NCBI GenBank assembly: GCA_965249525.1
Contig: OZ252237.1
Coordinates: forward strand, 836,443-900,442
DNA: 64,000 nucleotides
Reading direction: 5' to 3'
Source of the DNA: a bacterium
Lineage (GTDB): Bacteria > SAR324 > JACQKK01
Shown here: one piece after another, positions 37,790 through 46,382 of the stretch
Numbering within the stretch: the stretch's first letter is position 1
Layout of the letters: every line of letters begins with the position of its first letter
Position numbers and translations under genes: made by a program
The notes under the pieces: model-generated
What the model saw: the letters and a program-made list of their open reading frames with translations, nothing else
The model's database searches: none
Told to the model about the DNA's origin: nothing

Positions 37790-38635
37790 ATGAATAGCCT
37801 GTTATTATCTTCATGGAGACTTGCAAGGGATTTCCCATGCTGGGTCTTGCTGCCTGCAAAAAAGGCTAAGCAATTATGGGGGGGGGTGCTGTTACTGCTG
37901 GCTGTATGGACGACAGGCTGCAGTGCTACAGAATTTGCGCCTAGTGCGTCTTCGGGACAGGTGATTCTCTGGCCCAGCGCACACGACCAAATCAGTAGAC
38001 ATGTACTGCGTGTGGGCACAGAGGTGTTGAATACCAATGAAGCATCTTTTCAGCTGGACAGCCTGCACTATGGTCTGCAATTGGGTGGACTTCAAATTGC
38101 TACCGATAGTCGTTACACCAACGATCCCCGACACGACTTTGATTATCAGGAAGCCCGTCTGAAACTACGGCTTTTTGAATCTCACCAGCAGCGTTTTGCC
38201 ATGGCTTTGGGTGCTCTGGGTCGCTTCACTGAGAGTAGCAGCCAGCGTGAGCGCCGCATAGATAATCGTACTTCTTCTTTATTGGGCGTGTTCACTATGG
38301 AACTCTATCCCTTTGTACAAGGGGGGGGAATACGCACCAACTTTTATCTTGATAACCGTGTTGGTTCCCTAGGACTGGAATTTCAGATAAATGATACCTT
38401 CAAATTGGTGGCTGAGGGCGAATATTTTCATGCACGCAAGCATCGTCTTGAAAGAGCGTATGAGGAAGAGAGGCTTGAAGCCATACGGCTTGGTAGGACG
38501 GAACCGCAAAAGCCAGAAATTGATTACACCAACCACCGTAGCGGGCTAGAGATCAGCAACAGTGCTTATTATATACAACTATTGACGGGGGATGAATTGG
38601 GAGGCTTTGTCATACAAACGGGGATAAGCTTTTAG
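37790..38635 (+). CDS. hypothetical outer-membrane (beta-barrel-like) protein or lipoprotein
   Basis: Signal-like N-terminus ending ...LLLLAVWTTGCS, alternating-hydrophobicity strands, and a C-terminal ...GFVIQTGISF with a terminal Phe, typical of OMP barrels. Confidence 0.45.
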   Translation: MNSLLLSSWRLARDFPCWVLLPAKKAKQLWGGVLLLLAVWTTGCSATEFAPSASSGQVILWPSAHDQISRHVLRVGTEVLNTNEASFQLDSLHYGLQLGGLQIATDSRYTNDPRHDFDYQEARLKLRLFESHQQRFAMALGALGRFTESSSQRERRIDNRTSSLLGVFTMELYPFVQGGGIRTNFYLDNRVGSLGLEFQINDTFKLVAEGEYFHARKHRLERAYEEERLEAIRLGRTEPQKPEIDYTNHRSGLEISNSAYYIQLLTGDELGGFVIQTGISF

Positions 38636-38665
38636 CTTGTTCGGTGAATATTAGAAGGTGCCGAC

Positions 38666-41143
38666 ATGTTGGTAAAAATACTGGCTTTGGGTTTGGAACC
38701 GCAGGCTTGGGAGAGTCTGTTTGCCTGCTTGCGTGAACGATTACCGCAATTGCCCATGGCTGCAGCTATGTACTGCAATGCTTTGGAGATAGCTGGTTTA
38801 AGGGAGCGTTTACAAGGCTACCATGAGGAAAGCTGTGATGTGCTGTTGTGCGGGCTAATGCTAGACAGCAGTTTGCGAGAACAGTTGGAACTGGTAGAGG
38901 ATATTTGCCAGCAGCAGCCCAAGAATCCGATGGCTTTGGTATTGCCCGGGGGGGGACACCAGCTGCGCAAGCTGGCGGCGAGCAATTTGTCGCTGCAAGT
39001 GGAAATTCCTGACCGCCCGCCGCTTTCACTGTACAGCCCCAGTCTACTGATAGACAATTTACCGCCCCATTTCCCCTTGGTACGGGTAGATGCTGCTATC
39101 CAGAGGCTGATTTTTCATGGCGGCGGGCCTTTTTCACGACGTATGCAGCCGCATCAATTGCCCGATAATTCCCTGGTGGCACTAGACATGCTGGAGAGCA
39201 TCCATGACGAACAAGACACCCCCTGTTCTCCCCGCCGTTGGCTAAAGAAAATCTTACGGCAGGCAGGTGTACAGCCAGCTGCTAAACCTGTTGGTTTATT
39301 GAAGGATGCCAAAGGGTTGTTTTTATTCCCTGGTGTGCCTGTTGGAGAAATTCGTTGTCTTGAGCTGAACGGGTTACGCTTTGATTATTGGTTGGATACT
39401 GCCCCAAATTCCCAGTTGCCCGGCTTTGAACAGCTGGCAGAACAACTATCCTCTTGCGGTCGCACACAAGCCCGTAGCTGGGAAAACGTCTTTCAGAGCA
39501 TTCGCCAAATGGAATACAAAACCGATGTGCCTATCTGGCTGCAAGGGGGCTCTCCCTTGCTGCGTGAAAGCTTGCTGCATCTGTTACAGCAGCAGGGACA
39601 CCAAGATGTACAGCTACGACCGCAATCATCCTCTTTCCTGCTTCGCGAACCTTCCTTGCTGCTGCACTTAGATTGCACACCTCCTGCTGCAGAAGCTCAT
39701 ATAGAACCTCCACAGATCCTGCTTTTAGGGAATGAACTCCAGCAGCTGATGCAGCCGCTTCATCCCCTGGCAGATTGGCGCACCTTGCGATTTCAAGCTC
39801 CAAGCGAGGATAACCCTCAGATTCCCACAAACACAGATGAAAATGCCAAAATCTTACCTGCCCCCAATCCGCCAACAATGCTTGACCGCCAGTTGCAAAA
39901 TTTTCAACACCGCCGTGATAAGTTGCACGATGCGGTCAATATGACGCACAAACGCATACTTATGCTGCAACAAACCTGTGATATCCACTCTGAGGCGCTA
40001 GCACAATTACAGCTTCTCCTTGGAGAAAATTCTCCTCTCACTAACTGGAACGAAGCATCTTCCCCACAAGCACAGAAAATCTTATTGCTCTCCCATGACC
40101 CCGAAGAAGCAGCCCAGTGCATGCACTCCCTTGCTCATATCCCGCAACGCCGATGGTTAGACCTGCATCCCATTCAAGATGCCGAAACTTTGCTGCGTTT
40201 CCCGCTGCATCAACTGCATGCTGCTGCCTGTTCTTCCCAACCCCCTGTCTCAGCCCAGGATATTTCGCCGTCCGTGGTTAATGTTGACTCCGAATCTGCC
40301 GTTGAAAGCGATACTAAAACCAGCCCTGAAACATCGTCCGAGCTGGCTGTATCCATGGTCCTGATTTCTGCCCGCGCCCGATCCCGCCTACTTCAGCTAC
40401 AAGAAGCAATACAACAAGAACTGCAGCAATCTCAAAATACCCTGCTTACTCTCCAAGAACGTGCTGATTTCTATCGCTTAGAACGCAGCAAACAAGCAGC
40501 TGAGGCTCCTGCGCTTGTCTCCAGCTGGACACTTGCCACCATCCAACAATGGCTAACGCAGCATCAACCCTGGAGACAGGCATTGGAATGCGTCTGCCGA
40601 CAAACAGAACGCATCTGGCTGGCACCTGCCAACATCCACCATATCGGCATTTCCGCTTCCTCAAACCAAAATCGCAACGCCGTACTTGCTGCCTGTCAGC
40701 AAATCTTTCCCCTACTTAGAAAACAACACCATTCAGCACCCCCTTTTAGCTACAAGCCAGAAGAACAATCCCTGCCCCCCAACCAACACCCTAATGCCGA
40801 TGCCTTCCAGCAATATATCCAGATGCTCTCTGCCCAATTTTCTGCCCAGCATGTCCATCTTCTGCTCATTGAACATCCTTACACTGTTGCCCTGGCTATT
40901 CTTAGCGCTCTGCGGCAGTTGCCGCATTTTCAATCCACCCCTGCCATCCTGTTGATTCCAGACCTACAAATACCCTCTGCTTCCAATACGCTTCCCTATA
41001 CCCGCATCTGCTGGGCTCCCAGAATCGGCAGTCTCACCAGCGATGATGTGGCTTCGGCTATCCGATGCCGTATCCAGCAATACGCCTCCATTAATTTTCA
41101 AGCAGACATCTCACCAGGGCAAGCAGCCCAACATACTCCCTGA
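38666..41143 (+). CDS. large hypothetical cytoplasmic protein with receiver-like modules
   Basis: 825 aa, with GAAGG 8 nt upstream of the ATG. The N-terminus (VKILALG...DVLLCGLMLD...PMALVLPGG) and C-terminus (VHLLLIEHPYTVALAILSALRQL...TPAILLIPD) follow the beta-alpha pattern of CheY-like receivers but lack the acceptor Asp. The middle is Gln-rich and coiled-coil-like. Confidence 0.45.
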   Translation: MLVKILALGLEPQAWESLFACLRERLPQLPMAAAMYCNALEIAGLRERLQGYHEESCDVLLCGLMLDSSLREQLELVEDICQQQPKNPMALVLPGGGHQLRKLAASNLSLQVEIPDRPPLSLYSPSLLIDNLPPHFPLVRVDAAIQRLIFHGGGPFSRRMQPHQLPDNSLVALDMLESIHDEQDTPCSPRRWLKKILRQAGVQPAAKPVGLLKDAKGLFLFPGVPVGEIRCLELNGLRFDYWLDTAPNSQLPGFEQLAEQLSSCGRTQARSWENVFQSIRQMEYKTDVPIWLQGGSPLLRESLLHLLQQQGHQDVQLRPQSSSFLLREPSLLLHLDCTPPAAEAHIEPPQILLLGNELQQLMQPLHPLADWRTLRFQAPSEDNPQIPTNTDENAKILPAPNPPTMLDRQLQNFQHRRDKLHDAVNMTHKRILMLQQTCDIHSEALAQLQLLLGENSPLTNWNEASSPQAQKILLLSHDPEEAAQCMHSLAHIPQRRWLDLHPIQDAETLLRFPLHQLHAAACSSQPPVSAQDISPSVVNVDSESAVESDTKTSPETSSELAVSMVLISARARSRLLQLQEAIQQELQQSQNTLLTLQERADFYRLERSKQAAEAPALVSSWTLATIQQWLTQHQPWRQALECVCRQTERIWLAPANIHHIGISASSNQNRNAVLAACQQIFPLLRKQHHSAPPFSYKPEEQSLPPNQHPNADAFQQYIQMLSAQFSAQHVHLLLIEHPYTVALAILSALRQLPHFQSTPAILLIPDLQIPSASNTLPYTRICWAPRIGSLTSDDVASAIRCRIQQYASINFQADISPGQAAQHTP

Positions 41144-41230
41144 AAGCCGCTCCTGTACAGAGAAAGCTGCATCCAGCAAAGAACCTCTTGTGTGAGGCCA
41201 AGCCCCCTGCAAATCCAGGCAGAAGGGGAA

Positions 41231-42259
41231 CTAGTTTCTTGCAGGTTTTTGTTTGGACAGCAGCTGCTTTTCCCAATGGATGGTGTGTTCTATCATCAGG
41301 GAGAGTTTGCTAAGGGAAGGCTTCCAATTAAGAACTTGTTGAATGCGGGAAACATCGGCGATGATACAGGCAACATCGCCTGGGCGGGGTTGGGCTTCCT
41401 GGACAGGGAGGGATTTTTTGGTAATATTTTCTGTGGTTTGGATAATTTCTTTCACTGAAAGGCCTTGACCAGAACCGCAGTTCAGGATGCGTGGGGTATG
41501 GGGTTTGAGCTTATTGCTCAGCAATAAGTCCAGGGCAAGCAGGTTTGCTTGGGCTGTGTCTGAAACATGGACATAGTCACGTATGGCTGAGTTGTCGGGA
41601 GTAGGAAAGTTGGTGCCGTAGAGATGCAGATATGGCTGCAGCTTGAGAGCCGTTCGGCAAGCCAGTTGGATGATATGGATAGGTTTGGGGTTGCAATTGC
41701 CGCTGCGTCCTTGAGGGTCTGCGCCAGCGACATTGAAATAGCGAAGTATTATAAAGTTGGGCCCGCCGGCATTGTAGGCGTCTTGCAAGAGATATTCTGC
41801 CATCAGTTTAGAATGTCCATAAGGATTGGGAGGGGTTTGGGTGATAGATGCTTCTTTGATGGGTTGTGGAGTATTTGGCGGATAGACGGAGGAGGAGGAG
41901 GCAAACAGCAGATTGGGAATGCGATGTTGGATACAGGCTTGAAGCAGGGCAAGGGTGGAGCAAAAGTTGTTTTGATAATAGCGTACGGGTAGTTGAACAG
42001 ATTCTGGGGCAGAGATGCTGGCGGCGAGGTGAATAACGGCTTGGACAGGGTATTTGGTAAAGATGCTGTCTAGCAGGACGGGGTTGCTGATGTCTCCCTG
42101 AATCAGTTCTGCTTGAGGCGGACGGGGGGTGTCGGCATGGGCAGAGAAATCATCCACTAGCACCAAATGGAAGTATTCCGCCAGCAGCCATGCCGTGTGG
42201 CTGCCGATAAAGCCTGCCCCTCCAGTGATAAGGATACTGGGAGTGGAAGAAGTCATCAA
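41231..42259 (-). CDS. galE: UDP-glucose 4-epimerase-type extended SDR
   Basis: ILITGGAGFIGSH, YGHSK (YxxxK) and ILRYFNVAGA, the GalE-like pattern. Confidence 0.75.
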   Translation of the reverse strand: MMTSSTPSILITGGAGFIGSHTAWLLAEYFHLVLVDDFSAHADTPRPPQAELIQGDISNPVLLDSIFTKYPVQAVIHLAASISAPESVQLPVRYYQNNFCSTLALLQACIQHRIPNLLFASSSSVYPPNTPQPIKEASITQTPPNPYGHSKLMAEYLLQDAYNAGGPNFIILRYFNVAGADPQGRSGNCNPKPIHIIQLACRTALKLQPYLHLYGTNFPTPDNSAIRDYVHVSDTAQANLLALDLLLSNKLKPHTPRILNCGSGQGLSVKEIIQTTENITKKSLPVQEAQPRPGDVACIIADVSRIQQVLNWKPSLSKLSLMIEHTIHWEKQLLSKQKPARN

Positions 42260-42423
42260 AGAAGGGGGTTCCTAGTGTATGCCTGTAAAATAAGCAGGGG
42301 TATATGGTATTAGGTACATCAAGGTACTCTTGATAGATATGTGGAAGCAAGAGCAAAAGAAACAGCGACTGCAAGCACAGTCTCCACAAACCACCCCCAA
42401 CCAATTGGAGTGAAATGTCTTAA

Positions 42424-43374
42424 ATGTCGGCAACAGGAAAAGGACAGCAGAAGGTGTGTGTGGTGCTGCCTGTCTTCAATGAAGAAAGAAATATTGCCCC
42501 GCTTACAAAAGCTCTGATAGCAGCCCTGCAAGGGGAGTTATTTGAAATATTGTTTGTAGACGATGGTTCTCATGATGGCACTGTCAAAGCCGTGCATGCA
42601 CAAATGCACCAAGATTCACGGATTAGGTTGGTAAGATTTACACGCAACTTTGGTCATACAGTAGCAGTGTTGGCGGGTTTGCAGCACAACCAAGAAGCTG
42701 CTGCGATAATTATCATGGATAGCGATATGCAGCATCCTCCTGAACGGCTGCCCGATATGCTTGCCAGCTGGCGGGCAGGTTTTCTAGTAGTACAAATGCA
42801 ACGCATGAGCTATGAGAACACAATACTCAAGAGCATTTTATCCAAGGCCTTTTACCGCTTGATAAATCTTATTCTCCCTTATCCCTTAATACCAGGAGCG
42901 CCTGAATTTATGCTGCTGGACAGACAAGTGGTGGTCGCATTATTGGGATTTCAAGAAAAGAGATATTTGTGGCGGGGCATGGTCCGCTGGCTGGGCTACA
43001 AAAGTGCCGTTTTGCCCTATAAAGAATTATCGCGTTATGCGGGGCATTCCAGCTACACCTTCTGGCCTAGTTTCAAATTGGCTAGTTCTGCCCTTTTTTC
43101 TCTAACACTGGCGCCTCTGCGGCTGGGATTTATCCTAGGTATCTTAGGGATGCTTATTTCTATTGCCCTGGGAGGCTATGCCCTCTGGCAAGGCATTACA
43201 CAAAGTTCTGTTGAGGGCTGGGCCTCTTTGGTTCTCATCATTGTTTTTCTGGCTTCTATCCAATTCATCATTCTTGGCATTCTTGGCGAATACCTTAGCA
43301 TCGTGGTGCACAATATCCGCAATGTTCCTCCCTATGTCACCATTCCCGAAGATACCACCACCAAAAATACTTGA
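42424..43374 (+). CDS. family 2 glycosyltransferase (polyprenyl-phosphate sugar transferase, GtrB/ArnC/DPM1-like)
   Basis: VVLPVFNEERNI...ILFVDDGSHDGT...IIMDSDMQHPP, plus two C-terminal TM helices. Confidence 0.8.
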   Translation: MSATGKGQQKVCVVLPVFNEERNIAPLTKALIAALQGELFEILFVDDGSHDGTVKAVHAQMHQDSRIRLVRFTRNFGHTVAVLAGLQHNQEAAAIIIMDSDMQHPPERLPDMLASWRAGFLVVQMQRMSYENTILKSILSKAFYRLINLILPYPLIPGAPEFMLLDRQVVVALLGFQEKRYLWRGMVRWLGYKSAVLPYKELSRYAGHSSYTFWPSFKLASSALFSLTLAPLRLGFILGILGMLISIALGGYALWQGITQSSVEGWASLVLIIVFLASIQFIILGILGEYLSIVVHNIRNVPPYVTIPEDTTTKNT

Positions 43375-44267
43375 TGCCAAAACTCAGCTTCCAATACGTA
43401 CGCCATAAAAGACCAGCAGAAACACTGCTGGAATTTCTCACCCGCAGATTTAAATATCACTCCCCGTCTACATGGGAAAAACTTATCCACCACGGACAAG
43501 TCACCATAAATAATCACCCCACCTCTCCAAACCACATCCTGCATACCCAAGAACACATCATCTACCACCGCCCAGACCTCCCCGAACCTTCAGTAAATAC
43601 CAACTTCCGTATCCTCTACCAAGATGCAGACCTGCTTGCCGTTAGTAAATCCAACAATATCCCCACCTCTCCCTCAGGAAAATACTGGCACAACTGCTTG
43701 CTACACATTCTCCAACATAAACTCAATGCTCCCAGCCTCCGTGCAGTCCATCGCCTAGACCGCGAAACCAGCGGCGTCAACCTCTTCGTCTTTGGAAAAG
43801 AAAATGCCCACATCCTGGGACTTGCCTTCCAAAAAAAACAAATCCGAAAAACCTACGCCGCCATCCTACAAGGACACCTCAAACAAAAACGCATCCAGGT
43901 CAACGCTCCCATCGCCAAGGATGCCAGCAGCAAGATTCATATCAAGCAAACCGTTTCCCCCGCAGGCAAACCCAGTCAAACCAACTTCTATCCCGTAAAA
44001 CTACTCCGACACAATACCCTGGTCCATATCAGACCCCACACCGGTAGAACCCACCAAATCCGCGTACATGCTGCCCACATTGGACATCCCATACTGTATG
44101 ACAAAATCTATGCCCAAAATGAAGACGCCTTCCTAGCTTCCTTGCAAGCCATTGAGCAGCCTGATTCCCATCCCCACCAACTCCACGCACTCAGACTGCA
44201 GCTGCGACACCCACAAACCCAAAAATGGTTGACCATCCAAGATGCAGAGCATCAGCTGGATGCGTGA
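43374..44267 (+). CDS. RluA-family pseudouridine synthase
   Basis: S4-like N-terminus, then LLAVSKSNNIPT...AVHRLDRETSGVNLF...HTGRTHQIRVH. The ATG at 43374 overlaps the GT2 stop (TGATG). Confidence 0.8.
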   Translation: MPKLSFQYVRHKRPAETLLEFLTRRFKYHSPSTWEKLIHHGQVTINNHPTSPNHILHTQEHIIYHRPDLPEPSVNTNFRILYQDADLLAVSKSNNIPTSPSGKYWHNCLLHILQHKLNAPSLRAVHRLDRETSGVNLFVFGKENAHILGLAFQKKQIRKTYAAILQGHLKQKRIQVNAPIAKDASSKIHIKQTVSPAGKPSQTNFYPVKLLRHNTLVHIRPHTGRTHQIRVHAAHIGHPILYDKIYAQNEDAFLASLQAIEQPDSHPHQLHALRLQLRHPQTQKWLTIQDAEHQLDA

Positions 44268-44320
44268 CAAAGCAAGCCTGCTGCGCAGTACAACCTATGC
44301 AGCCTCCAACTACAATCATA

Positions 44321-45475
44321 TTATGTTGCGGCATAGGTTTTCAGTAAGTAGTCATCCGGGGTGATACCGATGCCAGGTTGTGAGGGAATTTGGAAATGTC
44401 CTTTTTGCGGGAGAGCAGAGGAGGGAATGAGGTGTGCTTCCAACTCAAGGTAAAACCATTCTATGAGGGTATCAGGAAAGAGGGAGGCGAGGTGAAGTGT
44501 GGCAAGGAAGCCTCCACCAAAGTAGGGGGAGTGGGGCATCATTTTGAGTTTAGCGTCGGTGATATATTGTGCAGCATTGAGGAAGGCTGTAATACCACCG
44601 ATTTTGGTAACGCTGGGTTGGAGATATGTTGCGGAGTTGAGGTTGGCGATGTGTTGGAAGTCTAAGAGGCTGGCGTTTTCCCCACAGGCAAGGGGGACGG
44701 GGGAGTTTTGTGCGATGTGTGCCAGGTTTTGGTAATCATCGGGTGGGTAGAGTGGTTCTTCCAGCCAGAAGATGTTGTAAGAGCCCATCATATGGGCTGC
44801 TTGTTGTGCTTGTGCTGTGTTCCAGGGGCAGTTGGTGTCCACCATCAGAGGAAGGTCTCCACAAGCCTGACGGGCGGCTTTAATATCTGCTTCTTGATGT
44901 TGATGGAGTTTAATGGCTGGCCATTGTTCTGCGGTTGCTTGGGCGCATTTTTCTGCGACTGTGTCTGTATGAGGGTAGCGAAAGAGACTGGCATAGCCTG
45001 GCAGTGATTGTTTTGGTGATTGTTTTTGCGATTGTCCCAGCAGTTGCGCTAGGGGTTGTTGGTGTGCTCGTGCCAGCATGTCCCACAGGGCGATGTCTAG
45101 CCCTGAGTAGGCGAATTGCAGGATGCCATTGCGACCGAAGATGCTGAGCATGCGGTCTATTTGCACCATCAGGTTGAAGATATCTTGTGGTGAGGCGATT
45201 TGTTTGCCGATGGCCAGGGGGATGATCACATCATCAAAGCAGGCTTTGACAGCGCGCCAGCAATTGTAGCCGAAGGCATCACCCCAGGCGACCATGCCAT
45301 CTGAGGTTTGCAGACGGATGGGCAGGAGGTAGATTTTGCTCCAATCTTGACCTTGGAAGCCCCCTTGTGGTCCTCCGTGGCTGAAGGGAATGGCTAGGGG
45401 GATGCATTCCAGGTGTTCAATGGTCAGGGGTTTTTCTAGTGGGGGCAGCTTTAGAATGTTGGCGAGGATATTCAT
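44321..45475 (-). CDS. enolase-superfamily enzyme (mandelate racemase/muconate lactonizing enzyme family)
   Basis: AIKLHQH, MVDTNCPW, FWLEEP, LACGEN, QPSVTKIGGIT and MMPHS: spacing typical of MR/MLE barrel residues. Start taken at ATG 45475, so the long 5' extension of the track ORF is rejected. Confidence 0.75.
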   Translation of the reverse strand: MNILANILKLPPLEKPLTIEHLECIPLAIPFSHGGPQGGFQGQDWSKIYLLPIRLQTSDGMVAWGDAFGYNCWRAVKACFDDVIIPLAIGKQIASPQDIFNLMVQIDRMLSIFGRNGILQFAYSGLDIALWDMLARAHQQPLAQLLGQSQKQSPKQSLPGYASLFRYPHTDTVAEKCAQATAEQWPAIKLHQHQEADIKAARQACGDLPLMVDTNCPWNTAQAQQAAHMMGSYNIFWLEEPLYPPDDYQNLAHIAQNSPVPLACGENASLLDFQHIANLNSATYLQPSVTKIGGITAFLNAAQYITDAKLKMMPHSPYFGGGFLATLHLASLFPDTLIEWFYLELEAHLIPSSALPQKGHFQIPSQPGIGITPDDYLLKTYAAT

Positions 45476-45518
45476 GGGAATGGGAAGAAATGCTGGAATA
45501 GGTAGGAGTTGGCGGGAA

Positions 45519-46289
45519 CTAGCGCCAGCGAGAAAAGTCTGGTTTGCGTTTTTGCAAGAAGGCTTGTGCCCCTTCTTGTTGTTCGCCGCTTTTGAAGAAA
45601 TTGGGTGCAAGACGCGCCACGGTTTCGTCTTGGCGCAGGGGCAGAATGGGCGCAGCATGTGCTTTGAAGGATGCTTTCAGCAGTCGCAAACAGGTGGGTG
45701 CTGCCTGTAAAATATCGTCTTCAAACCGTTGTACTTCGTCATCTAGTGCTGCCATGGGAACGACTGCATTCACCAATCCCCACTGCATCATTTGGGCAGC
45801 AGTGTAGCGGCGGCAGGTCATCCACATCTCTCGTGCGCGCTTGTGTCCTAGAATGTTGGCTGAATGCGCCACTGTAAAACCAGAGGCTGGCGACCCTACC
45901 CGTGGTCCGTTTTGACCGAAAATGGCATGCTCAGCAGCTACGGTGATATCACACACATACGCCATGTGGTTGCCACCACCAATGGCATAGCCATTCACAC
46001 GTGCAATCACTGGTTTGGGACAGTCTAGGATATGGTGATGCAGTTGGTATTCATGCTGCTGGAAATCATCACTGGCCTCCCAGTTGATATCTCCTCCTGT
46101 ACAAAAGGCGCGTTCACCAGTACCTGTAAGCACCACCACTCCCACCTGGCTGTCACCACCTGCTTGACCTAATGCATGTTGAATTTCTTCCAGGGTACGG
46201 GGAGTGAAAGCATTCAGTACCTTGGGGCGATTGATGGTAATCCGTGCTGACAATTGGTGTACTTCATAAATAATATCTTGGTATTGCAT
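45519..46289 (-). CDS. crotonase-superfamily enzyme, MenB (DHNA-CoA synthase)/BadI subfamily
   Basis: ITINRPKVLNAF, FCTGGD, GYAIGGGN, FGQNGPRVGS, KRAREMW, GLVNAVVP and the C-terminal EGAQAFLQKRKPDFSRW. At 256 aa it lacks the longer MenB loop after GGD. Confidence 0.8.
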   Translation of the reverse strand: MQYQDIIYEVHQLSARITINRPKVLNAFTPRTLEEIQHALGQAGGDSQVGVVVLTGTGERAFCTGGDINWEASDDFQQHEYQLHHHILDCPKPVIARVNGYAIGGGNHMAYVCDITVAAEHAIFGQNGPRVGSPASGFTVAHSANILGHKRAREMWMTCRRYTAAQMMQWGLVNAVVPMAALDDEVQRFEDDILQAAPTCLRLLKASFKAHAAPILPLRQDETVARLAPNFFKSGEQQEGAQAFLQKRKPDFSRWR

Positions 46290-46382
46290 ATCTTTAGGAG
46301 AAGAGGGTTAAGAAGAATCTACAAAGAGGTTTTCCTGATTGTTAAAGCTGCCAATCAAAACTGCTGAGAGGCTGTTGACTGC

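Noticed and set aside
45476-45658. 5' extension of the enolase-family ORF overlapping the crotonase gene (and likewise 10876-10950 overlapping the dsbA-like gene)
   Set aside because: The extensions overlap the neighbouring conserved genes and add non-homologous sequence. Internal ATGs give proteins of normal family length.
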